Assembly: GCF_009914755.1 (NCBI RefSeq)
Contig: NC_060947.1
Reading direction: 5' to 3' (one strand)
Length of the DNA stretch: 64,000 nt
DNA from: the human T2T-CHM13v2.0 reference genome, Homo sapiens
Shown: positions 21,312 to 35,019 of the stretch, piece after piece
How the letters are laid out: each line of letters starts with the position of its first letter
How positions within the stretch are numbered: position 1 is the stretch's first letter
The notes under the pieces: generated by a model
Told to the model about the DNA's origin: nothing
What the model saw: the letters and a program-made list of their open reading frames with translations, nothing else
Database searches by the model: none
Translations under genes and position numbers: made by a program

Positions 21312-22215
21312 CTTTGTGGTTTTATCTACTTTTGGTCTTTGATGATGGTGATGTACAGATGGGTTTTCGGTGTGGATGTCCTTTCTGTTTGTTAGTTTTC
21401 CTTCTAACAGACAGGACCCTCAGCTGCAGGTCTGTTGGAATACCCTGCAGTGTGAGGTGTCAGTGTGCCCCTGCTGGGGGGTGCCTCCCAGTTAGGCTGC
21501 TCGGGGGTCAGGGGTCAGGGACCCACTTGAGGAGGCAGTCTGCCCGTTCTCAGATCTCCAGCTGTGTGCTGGGAGAACCACTGCTCTCTTCAAAGCTGTC
21601 AGACAGGGACACTTAAGTCTGCAGAGGTTACTGCTGTCTTTTTGTTTATCTGTGCCCTGTCCCCAGAGGTGGAGCCTACAGAGGCAGGCAGGCCTCCTTG
21701 AGCTGTGGTGGGCTCCACCCAGTTTGAGCTTCCCGGCTGCTTTGTTTACCTAATCAAGCCTGGGCAATGGCGGGCGCCCATCCCCCAGCCTCGCTGCCGC
21801 CTTGCAGTTTGATCTCAGACTGCTGTGCTAGCAATCAGCAAGATTCCGTGGGCATAGGACCCTCCGAGCCAGGTGTGGGATATAGTCTCGTGGTGCGCCT
21901 TTTTTTAAGCTGGTCTGAAAAGCGCAATATTCGGGTGGGAGTGACCCGATTTTCCAGGTGCATCCGTCACCCCTTTCTTTGACTCGGAAAGGGAACTCCC
22001 TGACCCCTTGCGCTTCCCAGGTGAGGCAATGCCTCGCCCTGCTTCGGCTCGCGCAAGGTGCGCGCACCCACTGGCCTGTGCCCACTGTCTGGCACTCCCT
22101 AGTGAGATGAACCTGGTACCTCAGATGGAAATGCAGAAATCACCCGTCTTCTGCATCGCTCACGCTGGGAGCTGTAGACCGGAGCTGTTCCTATTCGGCC
22201 ATCTTGGCTCCTCCC
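21312..22215. promoter_or_regulatory. L1 5'UTR: sense internal promoter (-) and antisense promoter (+), CpG-rich, intact YY1 site
   Basis: YY1 core CAAGATGGCC at 22197-22206 (-); many CpGs retained. The UTR length of about 900 nt fits the form lacking the 129-bp ZNF93-bound segment. Confidence 0.85.
21767..21982 (+). CDS. ORF0: LINE-1 antisense ORF0, intact 71 aa
   Basis: MAGAHPPASLPPCSLISDCCASNQ...RHPFL matches primate ORF0; internal donor sites after 21872 and 21957. Confidence 0.9.
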   Translation: MAGAHPPASLPPCSLISDCCASNQQDSVGIGPSEPGVGYSLVVRLFLSWSEKRNIRVGVTRFSRCIRHPFL

Positions 22216-23395
22216 ACCGACCTGGAATTTTTCTATCAGGATCCTTTCTTTATCCTTCACTTTTGAAAGTTTGATTATTAAATGCCTTCAAGTGGTCTTT
22301 GGGTTAAATCTGCTTGGTGTTCTATAACCTTTTTGTACTCGAATATTTGTATGTTTATCTAGGTCTGAGAAGTTACCTGTTATGAGCTCTTTTAATAAAC
22401 TTTCTACCCCTATCTGTCTTTTTTGACTTTTTAATGATAGCCATTTTGACTTTTGCAATATGGTATGTCATTGTGGTTTTCATTTGCATTTAACTAGTGA
22501 TTAGTGATGTTCAGCTGTTTTTTTTCCTTGTTGGCCACATCTAAGTCATCTTTAAAGAAGTAGCTTTTCATGTCATTTTCCCATTTCTTAATGGGCTTAT
22601 TATTATTTTTTTTTTGCTTGTTTATTTAAGTTTCTTTTAGATTTAGACCTTTGTCCAATGCCTAGTTTGCAAATACTTTCACTCATTTTGAGATAGTCTA
22701 TCTACTCTGTTGATAGTTTTTTTTCCTGTGCAGAATCTCTTGAATGTAATTAGTTCCCTCTTGCTAATTACTTTTTTTGTGATTGCTTTTGGAGTGTTTG
22801 TCACAAAACCTTTGCCAGGGCCTATGTACAGAATAATAATATCCTAGGTTTTCTTCCAATGTTTTTATAGATTTAGGTTTTATATTTAAGTCTTCAATTC
22901 ATCTGGAGATGATTTTTGTATATGATGAAATGAAATAGTCCAGTTTTAATATCTGCATCTGGCTAGTCAGTTATCCCAGCACCATTTATTAAATATGGAG
23001 TTTTTTTCTCGTTGCTTATTTTTGTCATCTTTGTCAAAGCTCAGATGATTGTAGGTGTGTGACTTTATTTCATGTTACTCTAAGCTGTTCCTTTGGTCTA
23101 TATTTCTGTTTTTTGTACCAGTAGCATACTGTTTTATTTCCTGTGGACTTGCAGTATAGATTGAAGTTAGTGTGAAGTCTCAAGTTTTATTCTGTTTGCT
23201 TAGAATTACTTTGGCTACTTAGGCTCTTTTTCTGTTCTATAAAATTTTAGAATAGTTTTTTTTTTTCTAACTGTAAAAAATGTCATTTGTAGTTTGATAA
23301 GAAAGACAATGTCTTTGATTTGAATCTGTAAATTGCTTTGGGCTGAGTGACCATTTTAGCAATATTGATTCTTTCTATTCATGAACATGAAATAC

Positions 23396-23756
23396 TGTAG
23401 TAGTCCGTTCTCATGCTGTTATGAAGAAATACCTGAGACTAGGTAATTTATAAAGAACAGAGGTTTAATTGACTCACAGTTCTGCATAACTGGGAAGGCC
23501 TCAGGAAACTCACAATCATGGCAGAAGGCACCTATTCACAAGGCAGCAGAAGAGATAATGAGCTCCTAGCAAAGGGGGAAGCCCCTTATACCACCATGAC
23601 CTATCATGAGAACTAACTCACTATCATGGGAACAGGAAGGGGGAAACTGCACCCATGATTCATTAATCTCCACGTGGTTTCTCACATGACACGTGGGGAT
23701 TATGGGAACTACAATTCAATATGAAATTTGGGTGGGGACACAGACAAACCATATCA
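23396..23756 (-). mobile_element. THE1D/MSTA-like MaLR solo LTR
   Basis: tgtagtagtccgttctc...aaaccatatca; 5-bp TSD AATAC / AATGC. Confidence 0.9.
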
Positions 23757-26704
23757 AATGCTTTTTTATTTTTTGTGCCATCTGATTTTATTCAAAAGTG
23801 TTTTGTAATTCTTGTTGTAGAGACTTTTTAGTTTCCAAGAAAGCTCTATTTCTAGATACTTTATTCTTTTTGTGGCTATTGTGAATGGAATTGCCTTCTT
23901 GATTTGGCTCTCAGCTTGAATGTAATTGGTGTATACAAATGCTACTGATTTTTGTATGTTGATTTTGTATCCTGATGCTTTGCCAAAGTTCTTTATTAGA
24001 TTTAGGAGCCTTTGGGCAGAGACTATAGGGTTTTCTTTATATAGAATCATGTTGTTTTTGAAGAGAGATCATGTGACTTCATCTCTTATTCTTCGAATGC
24101 CTTTTATTTCTTTCTCTTTCCTGAGTGCTCCAGCTAACACTTCCAGTACTATGCTGAATAAGAGTAGTGAGAGTGGGTATCCTTGTTTTATTCCAGTTCC
24201 CAGTAGCTAATGCTCTTAGCTTTTGTCTATTCAGTATAAGATTGGCTGTATGTTGGTCTTAGATGTCTCCTATTATTTTTAGGTATGTGCCTTTGATTCT
24301 TAAATTGTTGAGATATTTTTAACATGTAGGGATTTTGAATGTTATTTAAAGCTTCTTCTGCATCTAAGGTAAGTATATATCTTTTGGCTTTAGTTCACTT
24401 TGTGATCAATCAGATTTATTGATTTGCATATGTCACCATATGCAAAAGGTTGAAATGCACCAATCTTGCATTTCATAGAAAAAGGCTACTTTATTGTGGT
24501 GGATTAGCTTTTTGATGTGCTGCTGGATTTGGTTTGCTAGTATATTGTTGAGAATTTTTGCATCTATGTTCATCAAGGATATTGGCCTGAAGGTATCTTT
24601 TCTTTGTTGTTACTGTGCCTCTGCCAGGTCTTGTTATCCAAATGATGTTGGCCTCATGAAATAAGCTAAGAAGAAGTCCCTTCTTTTCATTACTTTGGAA
24701 TAATTTTAGTATGGTTGGTGCCAGTTTTTCTTTATACACCTGGCAGAATTTGGCTGTTAATCCATCTTGTCCAGGACTCATTCTTGTTCATAGGCTTTTT
24801 ATTATAATTTAATTTTGGAACTCATTATTGGTCTGTTCACTGTTTCCATTTCTTCCTGGTTCAATATGGGGAGATAGTATGTTTCCAGGAATTTATTCAT
24901 TTTTCCTAAGTTTTCCCGTTTGTTTGCACAGAAGTATTCATAATATTCTCTGAGGAATTGTGTATTTCTGTGGAGAAAGAGGAAATGTCCCCTTTGTCAT
25001 TTCTAATTTTGGTTATTTGAGTCTTCTCCCTTTTTTTCTTTGTCTAGCTAGTCGTCTATCAATCTTATTCATTCTTTCAAATAAATAACTTTTGGTTTTC
25101 TTGATTTTTTTTTTAGTATCCATTATATTAAGCCTGTTCTAAGTTTGATTATTTCTTTTATTTTGCTAGCTTTGAAGTTAGTTTACTCTTGCTTTTCTAG
25201 GTCCTCAACGTTTGATATTGTTTTTAATTATAAATATTTTTAACGTTTTGATGTGGGCATTTAGCACTACAGACTTTCCTCTTAACACAAAATTATATCA
25301 ACCGCACTCTTAGATCATTTTTTTACTTATTGAGAATTGCTTTATGGCTGGGCTTGTGCTCAATTTTACAGTCTGTGCCATGTTTAGATGAGAAGATCGT
25401 ATAATCTGTTGTTATTAGGTGGAGTGTTGTGTAGATGTCTTTCAGGTTCATTTGGTCAAACATGGAGTTTAGGGTCTAAATATCTTTGTCAGTTTTCTGC
25501 TTCAACGATCTGTCTGATTCTGTCAGTGGGGTGTTAATTTCTCCCACTGTTATTGTGTGGTTACCTAAGTTTCTTTGTAGGTCTCCAAAAACTTGCTTTT
25601 TGAACCCAGATGCTCCAGTCTTGGGTGCATATGTACTTAGTAGAGTGAAGTCTTCTTGTTCAATTGAACCCTTAATCATTATGAAATGCCTTTCTTTGTC
25701 ATAAATGCTTATTGCTAAAGTCTGCTTTTTTTCTGAAATCAAAATACCAACACCTACTCTGTTTTCTTTTCCATTTTCTTGATGGATCTTTCTCCATCCC
25801 CTTACTTTGAGCTTGTGAGTTATTGCATATGAGATGGGTGTTTTGAAAAACAACATACATTTCAGTCTTGCTTCTTTACCCAACTTGCCACTCTGCGCTT
25901 TCTAAGTGGGACATATAGCTTGTTTACATTGAAAGTTAATTTGATATTTGTGGATTTGATCCTGCTATCATGTTGTTAATTGGCTGTTATGTAGACTTGA
26001 TTGTGTACTTGCTTTATAGTGTCGGTCTATGTATTTCAATACATTTTTGTGTGTGTGGTAGCCAGGAACCATCTTTCTTTACCATGTTTAGCACTCCCTT
26101 AAGGATCTCTTTTAAAGCAGGTCTGGTGGCAATGAATTCCTTTATCATTTGCTTGTATGTAAGATGTCTTGTCTCCCCCTTGTTTGTGTCAATTTGGCTG
26201 GATATAAAATTCTTTGTTAAAACTCTTTTTCTTTAATAATGCTGAACATAAGCCTCCACTCTCTTCTGGCTGTTAAGCTTTCTGTTTGCCTGATGGGTTT
26301 TCTTTGTGGGTTACCCGTCTCTTCTCTCTAGCTGTCTCTATTTTGTATTTTTCGTTTTTACATTGGAGAATCTGACGATTTCGGGTCTTGGAGATAATCA
26401 TATTGTATAATATCTCGAAAGAGTTCTCTGAATCTCCTGAATTTGAATGTTTATCTATCAACTGAAGGTGGAAAATTTTTCATGGAAAATATACTAAAAT
26501 ATGTTTTCCAAGTTGCTTGCTCTCTCTCTCTTTCAAGGACACTAATGATTTTTAGGTTTGCCCTCTATGCATAACTTTATATTTCTCTGAGGTTTTGTTC
26601 ATGTTTTTTTATATTTTTTAAATTTTTGTCTGACGGAATTTATTCAAATAACCAGTCTTTGAAATCTGAGATTCTTTTCTCAGCTTGGACTATTCTACTG
26701 TTAA

Positions 26705-27152
<448 letters not shown>

Positions 27153-27831
27153 CTACTTTCTTCTTAATTTTGGTAGTCTTTGTTGCCATACTGATTCTGA
27201 ATTCTATGTCTGTCATTTCAGCCATTTTGGTCTGCTTAAAGACCGTTGCTGGGTAGCTAATGCAGCTGTTCGGGGGGCAAGAAGACACTCTGGGTTTTTG
27301 AATTGCCAGAGTTCTTGCACTTTTTTTCCTCCATCTCTGTGGGCTCATGTTCCTTTAATATTTGAAGTTGCTATTCTTTGGATGTGGCTTTTTGCCTTTA
27401 TAATCTCTGATGCATTTGAGGGCTTGACTGTGGTGTAAGTTGAGTTCAGCTGACTGGCTTTGTTTCTGGACAATTTCAGGGTGTCAAGTCTTCCTTCAGC
27501 ACTCCTGGACTGCATGCTCTAACCCCAAGAGGCTGGGACCAGGCTCACAATGTTGTTCTCTGGCCTCTTGAGGTTAAGTATATTCTGCACTGGAGGAAAC
27601 AAGGTGTTCCTGGTAAGGCGACACAACATTCTAATGGGGAATACTAACAAAAACACTTTATTGGGGCAGTGGCAGTAAGGTCTGTGCTCACACACATGTG
27701 CCAGTGGCAGCAGGGTGGCAGCTCAACGGGGTAAGCATGTATACATGCCTCCAGTGGCAGTGGGGCAGCAGAATCCATGCACATGCACCCTGGCAAAGTG
27801 GTGAGGGAAGGCTGCAGATGAGTGTGTGTTT

Positions 27832-28153
27832 ATTTTATTTTATTTTATTTTATTATTTTTTATTGAGTCGGAATCTCACTCTGTCACCCAGGCTGGAGTG
27901 CAGTGGCATGATCTTGGCTCAATGCCACCTCTGCCTCCTGGATTCAAGCGATTCTCCTGACTCAGCTGCCCAAGTAGCTAGGACTACAGGCATGTGCCAC
28001 CACCTCCGGCTAATTTTTAAAATTTTTTTTAGTAGAGATGGGGTTTCACCATGTTGGCCAGAATTGACTCGACCTCCTGACCTCAGGTGATCCACCCGCC
28101 TCGGCTTCCCAAAGTGCTGAGATGACAGTCGTGACCCACCACCACCACCAGCC
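27832..28153 (-). mobile_element. AluSx-like
   Basis: Reverse-complement dimer with (TTTTA)n tail; TSD AGTGTGTGTTT at 27821-27831 and 28155-28165. Confidence 0.92.
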
Positions 28154-29864
28154 AAGTGTGTGTTTTTAAATTGGTGAGAGGAGGCTGTGATTGAGTGTAT
28201 GCTGGCAGGGGCCCTTCTGCAGAAGCTCTCTGATTGTTAGGCAGGATCTGCCAGTGAAGGAGCTATAGCAGTTGCCACTGGGAAGGACCCTGATTGTGCA
28301 TCTGTGGTTGCACTGCAAGTGGGTGCAGACAGGCAGGGACCCTGGAAGAGGCCAGCAAATAGGGTTACTCTAATCAGAGTGACCCCATCCCATGGTTAAT
28401 ATATCTCTTTTCTGTCTGTGTATGAGAGTCAACAAAGGCCAGAGCCACCTAGAGGAGCATGGTGAGTCTTGGAGAATGGGTATCCCTGGCCATACTACAC
28501 TGCCGCTGTTTCTGTTAAACCGTCTGGGCTTTACACAGGCTAAAGTTTTTTTCCTGCCAACTCTTTAAGCAGCTCTTCTATCTAGCTTAAATGTCTGTGG
28601 GAATCTTATGATTCCCTGCAGCTAGAATTCTGGAGATCTGTGGAAAGAGTGGACCATTCCATGCCTATTTAACTCCACCCTTTTCCAGGAGCTTATCAGA
28701 GCCAAAAATGAGTCCTGGTGCTTGCAACCCTGTGCAGGGTTCTCAGCTTTCTACCCCTTTAGCCCAGTGTCTGCCTCCTCCCTCAGTCCACTCTTAATGA
28801 CTTTCTTCCGACGATCTCCTTGGAGTGCACTGGGCTTCTTGATGATCTGGTCTCTTGGTGAGAGAAGCTCTCCTGTCTGTGTCTAGTCAGCCATCTTGGC
28901 TCTTACCCTCACAATTTTAAAGTATGTGTTATTAACTAGTGAGATATAAAGCCAGTATATAAAGTTGGGCTCTATTACAAGTTATAATGAAGAGACAGCT
29001 ACATAGTATTAAGAGTAATAAAATACCTCCTTTTTTCTAAATCATAATTTTCATTTCAGCACTAAATTTTAAAAATAGATGTAAATATTTCCTGAATAAA
29101 AAATACAATAGAATAGGCATGGGCAATATCTAATAACACATCTTTTACATCATTAACTCAATATCAACTCAATAGATTTATGTGGAACAAGCTTCTTGTT
29201 CTGATGTTTGGTTTCTTCTACTGTTTTCTCTTATTTTGGATCTTTACATGTATTTTATAAAAACTGAAAAAACTACTAAAATAGCACAGAACTAAATGTC
29301 AAGTAAATTCATATTTATAACTGAAAACCATTTATTATCTCATCTTGCTGAGGTTTGATGTTACAGCAATTCCTAAATCACATGTAGTAACACTCAATGG
29401 TAATTAAATTAAGACATTATTTCTATTACATTACAGTAATCATGTAATAACATAACAGGCATTGGACAGAATGAAAATTGGAAAATAATCTCAGAACAAC
29501 TTTGAATTAAAAGCTCAAAATTGGGGTAAATTCTACAATATTTATTAAAACATGTAAGCAATTACTAAATGAAGAACTTTTGGATACCCAAATAGTTTTT
29601 TAAAGGCTGTGATAAAAAAAATCCTCACAGATGCAAATTTGGGTGTGTCATAAGGCATACCATCAGAATATTTAGGAATTTGTATTGCAAGTATAATTTT
29701 CAGGCAAAGCAATTACTGTGATTTTTCTTCGTGATGGAGAGAGTTTCAGACGTATTAAAGCAGCAGTTTAGGAAACCAATCACACCAGTATGTAATGTAC
29801 ATCGAGCCATCTATATGGAATCCCATTATATTAATTTTTAAAATTTATTTCTTAAATTTATTTC

Positions 29865-29985
29865 CACAACAATCCTGGAAAGACAGGTATTATTAAAATG
29901 CCTTTTTATAGATGTGTAAACTGTCACTTGGAGAAGTAATTTTGCTAGCAGAGCCACAGCTAAGATTTGACTCAAGCTGGTTTAA
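29865..29985 (-). mobile_element. MIR fragment
   Basis: Core-like 'acaggtattatt...tttttatagatgtgtaaactg...gaagtaattttgct...ccacagcta'. Confidence 0.6.
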
Positions 29986-30020
29986 CACCAGTGTCTTTGC
30001 AATTAAATAGTAAAACTACA

Positions 30021-31019
30021 CAGCTGACCCTGGAACAAAATGGGTTTGAACTGAGTGGTTCCATTTATAAGCAGATTTTTGTCAACAAAAGTTACTCTGA
30101 CTGTGCCTGCCTTTTTAGCCTCCTCTTCCATCTTTTCCACCTCTTCAACCTCAAGACAGCAAGACCAATCCCTCCTTTTCCTCCTTTTCCTTGTACCCAA
30201 ATCCAGGTTCAGCTGCTCACCACTGGAAAGCCAAACACAGAAGATGAAATTTGATGAGAAGAAAAGCAGTTTTATTTGGAAAGCCAGCAAAACTGAGAAG
30301 ACGGTGAAATAGCATTTACAAGTATGATCTTACATTTTTTAGCCTGGCCAGAGGGTATTTATGTGAGGGAGGATAGAGGAAACTATGTTCTTGCATTAGA
30401 ATCAAGGGGTTACTGAGTACTGCAGACATCTGGGCACCAGTAAGGGTCTGAGAAGTTTGGGAACTTCTTTGTTATTGATCAGGTCACAATATTTCTGTAA
30501 ATCTTTAACAAATCATAGTTGTTTACATACTTTTTTAAAACCCAGGGATAGTTTTTAAAACTACATGATAATTGTTTTTGCATATTATGTTGGTACTCTA
30601 AAATTAGCCTAGCCTACGTGCAGGAATGGGTAAAGGCCCTTTAAACAAAAATGAAGTGGGTTGTGTTAGTTCTTTTGCCTTCTCACTGTTACATCTTTAG
30701 CCTACACAACGTGAGGACAATAAGAATGAAAACCTTTATGATGATCCAATTCTACTTAATACATAATAAAAATATTTTCTCTTCTTTATACTTTTCTTAA
30801 TAACCTTTTTATTTTTTCTAGGTTACTTTATTGTAAAAATACAGTATATGATACATATAACATAAAACATGTTAATAAACTGCTTATGTTACCAGTAAGC
30901 CTTCTGGTCAATAGTGGACTATTAGTAGTTACATTTTTGGGAAGTCAAAAGTTACCCATAAATGTTCAACTGCATGAGAAGTTGGTACCTCATCCCCTAT
31001 ATTGCTCAAGGGTCAACTG
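30021..31019 (+). mobile_element. Tigger2a (MER28) TcMar-Tigger DNA transposon derivative, split by an LTR
   Basis: TIRs cagctgaccctggaacaa / ttgctcaagggtcaactg followed by TA; internal 'gacagcaagaccaa' and 'cctttatgatgatcca'. Confidence 0.88.
30192..30693 (-). mobile_element. ERV solo LTR (probably ERV1 class; family not identified)
   Basis: About 500 bp with TG...CA termini interrupting Tigger2a; minus-strand AATAAA ('ttttatt' near 30270); 4-bp TSD TCCT / TCTT. Confidence 0.75.
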
Positions 31020-31109
31020 TACTTTCTAAACTCATGATGGAAACTTTCATGTAGTTCTATTATATATGAGATACAGACCAAGATACAGATCAAACTGGCT
31101 AAGGCCAGC

Positions 31110-31574
31110 TCAAATTTAAATTCAATTAGGATTAAGATGACCAGTAGAGACTTGAAAAGTAGTGGCTGAAGTAAGTTAGAGGTTTATTTTTCTCTTCTGT
31201 GAAAGTGTGACTTTAAGTGGTACAAGACTGGTAGGCAGCTTTGACTCATGAAGTTTTCAAGGATTCAGAATCCTTTTATACTAATGCTTCACTTTGTATT
31301 GCCTCCATCCTCAAGTCATTACATCTGCATTCTAGCCAGCAGGAAGGATAAGGGGAAAAAGAAGAAGAAAAGAATAAAGTGTGCATGCTAAGAAAGCTGC
31401 CATCCACCATTTCCACTTATAACCATTTTTGCCAGACCCTAATCACACAACCACATGTGTCTACAAAGGAGACTGGGAAATATAGTTTTTATTCTAAACA
31501 GCCAGAATGGAGGTCTTATTATAATGGAAAGAAATGTGAATATATAGTTGGGCACAAATAATAGTCTCTGCCAT
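31110..31574 (-). mobile_element. Old MLT1 (J/K-type) LTR
   Basis: 'gaggtttatttttctc', 'catctgcattctagccagcagga', 'aaggagactgggaaatatagt', ending 'gtctctgccata'. Confidence 0.65.
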
Positions 31575-31814
31575 AAATAGATAGCTTGCAAATAGATAAC
31601 AGTGATCACAAATATGCATGTATTCTATATAACTATTACTTAACAAAAAATAATAAATCCCATCTCCACTCTGAAATGCAACCCTGGTTTATTATAGAAC
31701 ATTTGAATTGACATAGAGGAAACCTTCTTGATTAGTATAGAACCATTTTAAACTGAAATCATGCTATTCTTCTATACTATACTAGTTGTTGTATTTTCCT
31801 CTAATTTGGTCTTG

Positions 31815-32045
31815 AAGTCTCCCTATCAAGGGTGGTGATAAACTCTAGCCCTGCCATGATGGGACTCCAGGGAAGATGATTGTGAATGTTTACAATGTGC
31901 CTTTCACAGGACATTTCTTTATTGTGGTGGAGGGCCTAATGCCTAAATGCCCCACACATGACCAGGTGTCCCCCTCACAGAAAACTTATTTATACTGGCA
32001 GATAGCCTTGTGTCTCTTGTCTCATTAGTGTTCACTTTATTTCTT
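31815..32045. mobile_element. Probable ERV1 LTR fragment
   Basis: 'ggcctaatgcctaa...gaccaggtgtccccctcacagaaaacttatttatactggcag' resembles MER4-group LTRs; recalled only. Confidence 0.4.
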
Positions 32046-33469
32046 CCAGATTTGCTTCAGGTATTCTGTGATATGGCAGAATCAGAATCAGATTATAACC
32101 CAAACAGGCAATGGAAGAAAAAACAGGGCATCAGGGACTATATAGAGTCCAGTAGACATTGTTTTGACTGAACAACCAGATGAGTAATTTGCTCTTAAAT
32201 GATTGGGTAACAAATAAAAAGAGGGTCAGAAATTCTAAGCCCATGAATTAGGGAAGAGCTGGGAATAAGATATTGTTGTCATGTGTCAGCCGAAAGGGCA
32301 AGAGCCCAGGTCCTTGAAAATTTTGTTTAATGACTTACTTGATAACTTGACTGCTTTTTATTGATCCAGTTGCCTTCACCACTGGGTATAGACACCAGAG
32401 AACAGACATATGCAAGATGATTTAAAGACATGAGCATATTCACATGAGACTAGGATGATGGTGTCTTATTACATAGAAATTGATGGTATACTCCAAGCAT
32501 TTTTACTTTGACATTGCAGTCACCATTTTCCATCGTATACTTGGTATCAGTTATGCCAATTATTTACTGCAATTTCTGTGCTTTGCAATAACTGAGCTGT
32601 AGTAGAAAATAACCTATCCATGCTCAGCAATATGACTTTACTTATGACTAGAATTTTGGGTTCTGGTTTTAAAACAAATATTTATGAGAGTAAAAGCAAT
32701 CAGTTCTTCTCAAGTGAAAAAAAAATGAGTTGCTAAGGCCAGTTTGAATTGAAATAGCCTGAGACTAATGGGTCCCTTGGAGAAAGAGACCCTGAAAGAG
32801 AAGGGGTAGAGGATATAGAAAAGAAGGAAGAGAGATAAAGCTCAACTCCTTTACAATTTTGTTGGCTGTTCCTGAGTGTCATTACACAGTCAAACCACCT
32901 GCTTTGAAACCACTGCCAGAGAGATGTCAAAGATTGTTTTATTTTGAGCATGAGGACACAGTCCACTAAAAGAAAGAACGCCACATTTGTTCAATTTTTT
33001 TTTACCAATTGTCACATAATTTCTGCCAGCCTTCTTATTCAAAGATACATTTTTTTCTTCACTGCATGCATAACATGAAATGCAACTTTTACTGTGTCCA
33101 TAAAGCACCAAATGAGCTGAAAATTTAACAATTGTACAGATCCCTTGATAAATTAAGACAGCTAATCTGGATAATTTAGATAAATCACATGAAAAGAATT
33201 ATGTAATCTGATAAAGATAACTGTAAAATTGCCCAATATCCATTCATTATGCAGCTAAATCCTCAAGTAATGCTCTGAAATGAACTATGGAAAGTACATA
33301 CTAAAGATATTTCAATGAAATGTTTAAACATCTCAGTTATGGGGGCATTACTCCTTCAACTAATTTTTTAATGTTACATTAAACATTTTGTACTTGGTTT
33401 GTATTAAGTTTTTATGTACTTTAAATGTACTGAAGTTTGAATGGTTTTCTACTGGAAGAAGCAGCATTT

Positions 33470-33680
33470 TTGTGCAATAGCAAAAGCACTGGACTCAAAG
33501 AAAAGAGATCTGACTTTTGTTCCAACCCTAATAGTAATAAATCAAGTGACTTCTGACAAGTCCCTTAACCCTTTCAAGTCTCCGTTTCTTTGACCATTGA
33601 ACTAAAAGTAATCACGCCTGCCTGTCTACCTTATAGGGTTGTTGTGGTTATGAAATGGTTATACATATCAATCCATTTAG
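33470..33680 (+). mobile_element. MIR
   Basis: 'aaagcactggact...gtgacttctgacaagtcccttaacc...tctccgtttct...taccttatagggttgttgtg'. Confidence 0.75.
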
Positions 33681-34149
33681 AAACGTTTAATGGGAGGTTT
33701 AAATATAAAATATTCTCATATTTATGTTCAGAATCATAGCAATACATCCTTTTAAGTGAGAAAAGTACACAGGTAAATACACTAAGTTGCAAGTTCTACA
33801 TGGGCAAACATTAGTAAAATACTGTATAAGTAGATTTTGGAACTAAAGTAATTTCATCTAGGCTTCAATTTTTCTGTTTCAAAGGCATGGAAAATTTGAA
33901 GCTACCACTACCAATTTCACTGTCTCTGAGTGTTTCTGTTATTACAGTTTAATAATAAGCAATGGCTCAACTGCACATCGGTTCATACAATTTATTCATA
34001 TTAATGGCAAAGAAACCTACATGTGGTTCAGTTATTTCAGCCACTATGACAACCAAATTGGGGATAATTAATTTCTAAAGCACAGGTTTAATCATTTCAT
34101 TTTCTGCTGAAATAATTTAATAATAGTTTATTGATCAAAAATAAAGTGC

Positions 34150-34645
34150 AAGCACCATTGGGTGTCATTCAAGGCCCAAAATACTTTCCGAATTTAATTT
34201 CTCCATTGCTCCTCCTCGCATAGACTATGATACAATTAGATTACATAACTTCAATTTCTACAGAGTTTGCATGTTTACTGTTTCTTTTCATTTGCTCATA
34301 TTGCTCCCTCCAAAGGGAACGCTCTTTTGGCCTAGCGCTGCCTCTTAATCTTATCAGTGCTTCCATTTTCTGCCCAAATACCATCCCTTCCATAGAATTT
34401 ATTTTTTATTTACATATCTAAATCTAATATTTCTTTTCAGAATGCACAAAAAAACATGTTGTGCCTCTATTTTAGTACATTTTGGAGTCTTCTTTATATC
34501 ACAAATATGTTTTTATAGAAGTCAAATTCCTCTAGACATTCATATCCTTCAAGAAAGTAATTCCGTCTCTTTTTGTCATTGTATTATACACTATAACTGG
34601 CACAATGTATTGCATATAGTAAGTGCTTACTAAATATTTATTGTT
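34150..34645 (+). mobile_element. L2 3' fragment
   Basis: Ends 'ggcacaatgtattgcatatagtaagtgcttactaaatatttt', typical of L2 termini. Confidence 0.55.
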
Positions 34646-35019
34646 TGCCCAAGTAAATTCTAAAAAATCAACTGAAATATAAATCTATGAAATAGGTAGA
34701 CTAGTCACAAAAGCATTGAGTTCCATTTAGCAACATAAATGTGGAATGAGTGTTAGTATTCTCATTAAAGAGACAAAAACAATAGAACATAGAAATTAGT
34801 TGACTACCAACATTTAGAAATTTGCAAACAATTTTAGCAGAATTAAAATATTATGCAAATTAAACATCATACTCATGGTCACCTACATATGCTGCTTTTG
34901 ACTCTAAAATAAGTTAAAATTTAATTTTTTGAAGAAGAGGGAAACTATTTGCTAGGGTGATAATTACACAAAGGATGTTGGCAAGATACATAATGCACAA
35001 AGGTATGAATGTTTTCTAT

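Noticed and set aside
22216-22237. Extra 5' nucleotides as a U6, tRNA or snRNA chimera
   Set aside because: No match to small RNAs that I recognise, and the segment is too short to support the call.
29704-29787. Possible exon ttttcag|GCAAAG...CCA|gtatgt
   Set aside because: Stops in all three frames, a short pyrimidine tract and a weak donor context.
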